Origin: Conidiobolus incongruus B7586
Taxonomy: Eukaryota
Reading direction: 5' to 3'
DNA length: 46,014 nt
Assembly (NCBI GenBank): GCA_000697335.1
Contig: JNEM01006077.1
Span: 1-46,014 of the forward strand
Shown: positions 40,480 to 46,014 of the stretch, piece after piece
Position numbering within the stretch: the stretch's first letter is position 1
How the letters are laid out: every line of letters starts with the position of its first letter
Translations under genes and position numbers: made by a program
Notes under the pieces: model-generated
The model's input: only the letters and a program-made list of their open reading frames with translations
Told to the model about the DNA's origin: nothing
The model's database searches: none

Positions 40480-41256
40480 GTTTCAATCATTTTTTAGCAT
40501 AATCCTTTATTATTCCATATAAATTGAATTAAGTTTAGATAATTATTGATTACTTTAAGCCGAAATTTATTAATAAACCATTGTAAAATTATTATAAATG
40601 AAAACTTCCCATTTTCATCAAAACATTAAAAGTTATAATATCATGATTATTTTAGATTGTATATTTAATTAATACTTAATTTATAATAATAAAATATTTA
40701 TTAAAAAAGTATTCTTAATATTATAATCAATAGTATTGCGCACTTTATTCCAAAATTATTAGATTTTGAAATGATTAAAATCAAATATCAAAATCATTTT
40801 AAAACAATAAAATAATATTAGTAAAATTTACGAAATATATGAATTCATTATTTTTTAATTACAAATTCATTGCCAACTTTGTACTACTTTCCAAAATTGA
40901 TTAATTTTACTAGAAAAAATCCCACTTTTAATAATATTATAAATAATTTTATTATTAACTTTGATTGGTTAATTATTAATTCAAGATTATCTAAAGTTGA
41001 AATAATTAATTATCCCATAATGAGAAATAAATTTTATAATTGAAATAAATTAAATTCACATCAGGAGTTATTAAAGTCTCATATATATTAAATGGCAAAA
41101 ATTATTTTGTTTATAAAAATTTTTATCTTTATTAGTTTCACTTAATAATATTCATTTTATAAATATTTTATTATAACATATTAATATTTTACAAGAAGAT
41201 AATTCTAAAATAATTTTTTTACAAATATATTATTTCTTAAATATCAATTATTTTAA

Positions 41257-42594
41257 ATGGATACTGTTAATGACGTCAAATTGAGTGTTCAAAGTGAACC
41301 TGACAATAGTGAAAAGAGTAGAAATTTAGATAATTCAAATATTTTAAATGGAACTGGAACATCTGAATTAAATAATACAATATCCTCAGACCCTATTCCA
41401 TCATTAAGAGGAAAAGTCGAACTATTAAACAGAGTAAATGTGGATTTAATGGAGCCTTCACCAATTTCGAAGCACTCTAGTCCGTTTGACCGTATTCATA
41501 ACACAGGTTCCCCTTCTCCATTTCAACCAGGTATATAATTTTATTTTACTTTTATTTTGTAATATATTGAAATTTGCTTTAGCTAGGCCTCGTTCTCCTT
41601 TAGATATGCCTCATAGTGACTCCCCTAGCCATTTACCATCAGATATAAGTAATTTTTCTTCAATTTTTAAATGCAGAATTTTGATATTTAATAATTTTTA
41701 TTCAGCCAAACATGATTCTAAGCGAGTGAAAACAGAATATCAAGATCACTCTCTACCGTCACTCCCATCTCTAAATATCGTTTCCGAACGAAGAATTTCA
41801 TTACCACATTATGGTAACTACTATACCTATCTCGTTTACTAAATTAAATATATTAATTGAATTTTAATTAAGACCCTTATTCTCGATTTGAAAGAAAACC
41901 AACGCCTAGTCATAATAAATTACCTTCAAATTTCACTCACGAATTGAAATCTAACGTCCGATTGCCAGAAGTTGAGAATATGGATCATAGACTTCCATAT
42001 CAAATGCCAACTCTTCAAGACAGCTCCAGTCTTCTGGTTGTTGATACCCAGGCTCAGCCTGTAGCATTAGTAAATATGATGGAAATTGACACTAATCGAT
42101 ATCCTCCTATATCGCAGCCTCTATCTCATACTTACAGTCATCGGTCCTTACTTCCTGATTACAGTAATAAAATCAATGCCGTAGTCAAAGTTCGCATAGC
42201 TAGATCATACTTAAAATGGGGTTGGTTTCATGACAAAATAAGGGATCACGAAGTTTGGGGTAGTATGATCTACACAGATGACTCAGATCTCCTTGCGGTT
42301 TTAGTCCATTTGGGCTTTTTAAAGCTTCCTCCTCCTCCTCCCTACAACCCCCAAGTTCCTAACAAACCTTGCATTCCTGGAATTCCTCCCGGGTTCAATC
42401 TGATTAATGATTGGATCGTCGAGATTCGCATTCTACCAAAACTTCCCAGCTATTCCAGCATGGATTTGAAGGGCTACAAAAGTAGAAGTTGGGGTAGCGA
42501 CCATGATGGCGTCAGTTACCAAGTTCTCAAGGTATACTTGGCAAATGGGACACATGACGACAGAATACCAAATTCTCATCACAATTCCATGTAA
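41257..42594 (+). CDS. RXT3: RXT3-domain histone deacetylase (Rpd3L) complex subunit; exons 41257-41530, 41583-41648, 41706-41813, 41873-42594
   Basis: VWGSMIYTDDSDLLAVLVHLG and SRSWGSDHDGVSY are RXT3 domain signatures. Three phase-1 GT-AG introns join the small ORFs in frame. Confidence 0.88.
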
Positions 42595-42929
42595 ACATCA
42601 ATTGAGTATAGATTTTTCTATTAATCATATTTAAATAATGCATTATATAGTTCATCTTAATTTGTCCTTTCTAAACATTCTTTAATTTAATATAAACTTT
42701 ATTTTTTTCAATTATTTTAATATCATTTTCTTTTTTAATACCAATTAAACAGTTTTTTATGAAATGATAATCAACGTAACTTGAATTATTCGTAGTGAAA
42801 CTCAAAAGTACAGTGAATATTTTGTAAAATAGCCATATAATCAGAATTTTTTTAGATGTAAAATAACTATGACGAATTAAAAAAAATCAATTACAACTAA
42901 TAAATAAATAATTAATGTCAAATTCATCA

Positions 42930-43889
42930 GCAATCATTATTTTCACCTATTTAATCCTCAATTTGGCTTAAATTCTTAAACACTAAATTTTCTTTAAATC
43001 CATTAATTGACATTAAAAGTTTCCAACTTTCCATCATCGGGTTTGGGTACGAAATTTGGATTGAGTACCAAGTTGTAAATATATTGAGTTTCAGGTGCAA
43101 TACCATATTCACTTTGTGTAATGTATGCTAATACACTACAAACAATAGCCTATATTAGCAGGTTAAATAATATAATTAAATTACATAGCATAGTCATTCA
43201 CTTTTGAACTCTTTTCATAGGGAATACTAGCTTCTTCCATACATTCTCTGATAATTGCATCCGATTTTTCATCACCAATTGAAATACTACTAGCAACCTA
43301 TTAAATTGAATTAATATCCTAAGTGATATAAATGAATTTCCAATATCTACCATATTATCCAATGCATTGGGCCAAGTTTCCTTGTTTGGAAAACTTTTAG
43401 CAATCCACATTTTAGTCTCATTATTTTGTCTGATAAAATCATTTAATGTACGCTAAAGGTACTGAAACCAAAAATGAAAGATCCAGAGCGTTCAATTTGA
43501 AACACAGGCTCTTTGATAAGTCTTGTAAAAGGTATAACAGGATAGATTTCATTTCTTCAAATTAATCAAATTAACTAAAATGAATTTATTTAATATATTG
43601 ATCAATCAACTCTCAAACTTAAGTGGTAATCCTTCTCTCTCCAAATTCTTAAAATTAGATCCATAATATCATTTCTAACTCTATAATTATTATAAAAAAC
43701 TGTAAAACACACTAATTGATTCGCATCCTTATGCTTTGTAAACTGAAATATAGGAAGGAATTTGACACATGGATTCTAATTCTTTTGGCACTTGAGAAAC
43801 TCATATAATAAATTTGCAACTCTAAAATTTAAAATTCAAAAAATATTATTTACAGATTCATTTAATTTTTATCAGTAGTGACCCTCCAT
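42930..43889 (-). pseudogene. Nudix hydrolase pseudogene (YJR142W / tnr3 N-terminal type)
   Basis: NEIYPV...IERSGSFIFGFSTFSVH / LNDFI...KMWIAK...KETWPNALDNM|VA...IRECMEEASIP...PETQYIYNL...FVPKPDDGK. Several short introns, multiple stops and frameshifts (for example a 1-nt loss in VHLN). Confidence 0.85.
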
Positions 43890-44588
43890 ATGTAATTGAT
43901 TAGTTGAATATAGATAATTATTAGTTGATTGAATAATTTTTAAATAAGAATTAAATTTAAAATTTTTATTTGATAATATTAATGGTAACTAAAAAAAGTG
44001 AGAGAGAGAGAGAGAAAAGTAAAATAAGTTTTAAAATTTACTTACTGAAGTATATATACTTTTTCAATATATAAATATCAAAGTAAAATTCAGGAATTAA
44101 TTAAGGTTCCTAATTATTAATAATCAACAAGCATGTGAAATTGGATCAAAATTCTTTTGAGGGATTAGTTTATTTGAGATAATTTGTAATTACATAAGTT
44201 TTATTGAGTTTGTTACCAATCATAAAAGCTCTCATATTGGGATTATACAGCCACATAATTGATATTGGAATTTTCAACCCTGATATTTTTGCAGATTAAT
44301 TTCAAGGCTATAGATTGTATCAAATTTGAGTTTCATACTTTTTCTCACAATATATAATTTTGGAATTTTGTTAAAAGGATTTGACCATATAGATAAATTA
44401 TTCACTTTTACAAATAATGACCTTGTACTATTAACCCAATTTATAATATATTTTATATTGATTAAAATGATTATATTATGTTTGAATTAATTTACCAATT
44501 ATTGAATATTTTTGAAGTTAGGAAAATTAAATAAAATAATATCAAAATTAAGATAATATAATTTATTAATTTGATATATACTAACCTA

Positions 44589-46014
44589 CAAAAGTGAGTT
44601 ATAAAATCAAAAACACTTATATTTTTACTAATAACTTGATTAATATTTAATAAAATAAACTTAAATTAAATAATTAAAATCTATTATATTTATTAATTAT
44701 ATATATCATTAAATGATGATATTTAGTTATTAATTGGTTAAAATATAAACCTTTAAATTTTACCTAAGGTGAGTTATAAATTTATAGGTTTTTGGTGATA
44801 AAAAAAATTAAAATTTAATATATCTACCTTTAGCTTTTTTAACTTTTTTAAGTTTATGTGGTATAGAATCAAATAATTTCTTACACTAAAAAAAATTAAT
44901 TTTATTTTATACTTTTTAAATATATTTTTAAAGTTAATCTAAATTTTTTACTAGGGGGAAAGCTTTAATAACTTTTTTTAACTAATCCTAAAAGTGTTTA
45001 ATTAGATTAAAGTTAAAAAATTGAGGAAACTATTTTATAACTATTATCTTATTATTTTTAAGCTATTTAGTAATAGAAGTTATAATATAATAAAAAATAT
45101 TATCTTACTAGAAAATAACATTAGATTTATTTAACCTATATTATTTAATAGTTTTTTTTAATTTATTATTTAAAATACTTTAATATATTTTAGTATTAAT
45201 TCTTTTATTAACTTTATAAAAATACCCTACACCTAAAAATAACATATATCTTTAAATAATAATTAACCTACTATTATACTTTTAAATAAAATTAATATGA
45301 TAGTTATAAAGTAGTTTTATATTTTTTTAAAGCATCTAGTGTTTTTATTAAATTTACTAAAGTATATTTTTGTTTTATTAAACTAAATAACTTTATTCTA
45401 ATTAGTTTTAATTTAATATTAATAACAACATTTAAACTCCTACTTAACTTTATAATAGGATTTTTTTAATTAGGGGTGTTTTTTCTTAAAGTATAAATGG
45501 TATTTATGTTAATATAAAATAAATATAATAATATTAGTGCTAAATAATATTTTTATATAGTTTTATAACTCTTGTTGTATTTTTACAATAGTACTATACT
45601 TGTTTATATTAACTAACCTACAAATATACTTCTTATTATATTTATCTATAATTTTAACATACTTAAGTTTAAGTTTAAATGTTTTTTATTGTTATTCTTA
45701 ACAACTTTAGTTATAGTAAACTAACTAACACTAGTAATTCTAGCAATATTACAAGTTGATTTACTTTTTTTATAAAGTTGATTAATATATAAGTAGATTT
45801 TTTTAGAGAGGGATTTAAGTATAATAATACTAATAAAAAAAATTTAGTATATCTGTAAAATATTATATAAAATAATAACAAAGAGAGAAAAAAGATATAG
45901 TTATATATTATTAAATATATCCCTTTATCTCAAAAACCCACAAATTTATAACTTACCTTAGTTAAATATTAAAGGTTAATATTTTTGCTAATAGTTTACT
46001 AAATATATTTAAAT
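44589..46014 (-). mobile_element. Hypermutated Tc1-family DNA transposon with long TIRs containing direct repeats; right end outside window
   Basis: Minus strand gives VIF**DN, *FPQFFNFNLIKHF* (from WPPQSPDLNPIEHLW, 44988-45032) and CKKLFDSIPHKLKKVKKAKGRYIKF-stop (44808). About 44707-44803 matches the reverse complement of about 45921-46014. GTGAGTTATAAA occurs at 44594 and 44769; TA precedes 44589. Confidence 0.88.

Noticed and set aside
1..46014. Genome-wide TGA reassignment, CRISPR arrays, rRNA or tRNA genes
   Set aside because: Intact genes use TGG for Trp and have no internal TGA; no repeat-spacer arrays or RNA gene signatures were seen.

Overview
Eukaryotic nuclear DNA, very AT-rich, with short (about 30-60 nt) GT-AG introns. 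Gene content suggests an early-diverging (non-Dikarya) fungus; this is an inference. Intact genes: the 3' part of a TOM1/HUWE1 HECT ligase, an ITFG2 (KICSTOR subunit) homolog, a homeobox gene, two proline-iminopeptidase (PIP) genes and an RXT3-domain gene. Damaged genes: an L-gulonolactone/D-arabinonolactone oxidase-like gene (in-frame TGA, no visible ATG, doubtful splice donor, Leu in place of the FAD-binding His), two PIP pseudogenes that complete a four-copy tandem array, a YJR142W-like Nudix pseudogene and a probable WD40 relic. Much of the apparent intergenic DNA is decayed mobile elements: a long-TIR Tc1 element, two mariner-like relics, solo LTRs and probable integrase/RT fragments. The strongest signals are (1) RIP-like C:G to T:A hypermutation of the transposons, (2) an oxidase gene whose defects can all be read as single G-to-A changes, (3) active-site-diverged tandem PIPs, (4) solo-LTR-like repeats that both carry ATAC target duplications, and (5) a fungal KICSTOR component. 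All calls come from reading motifs by eye; no database searches were run.
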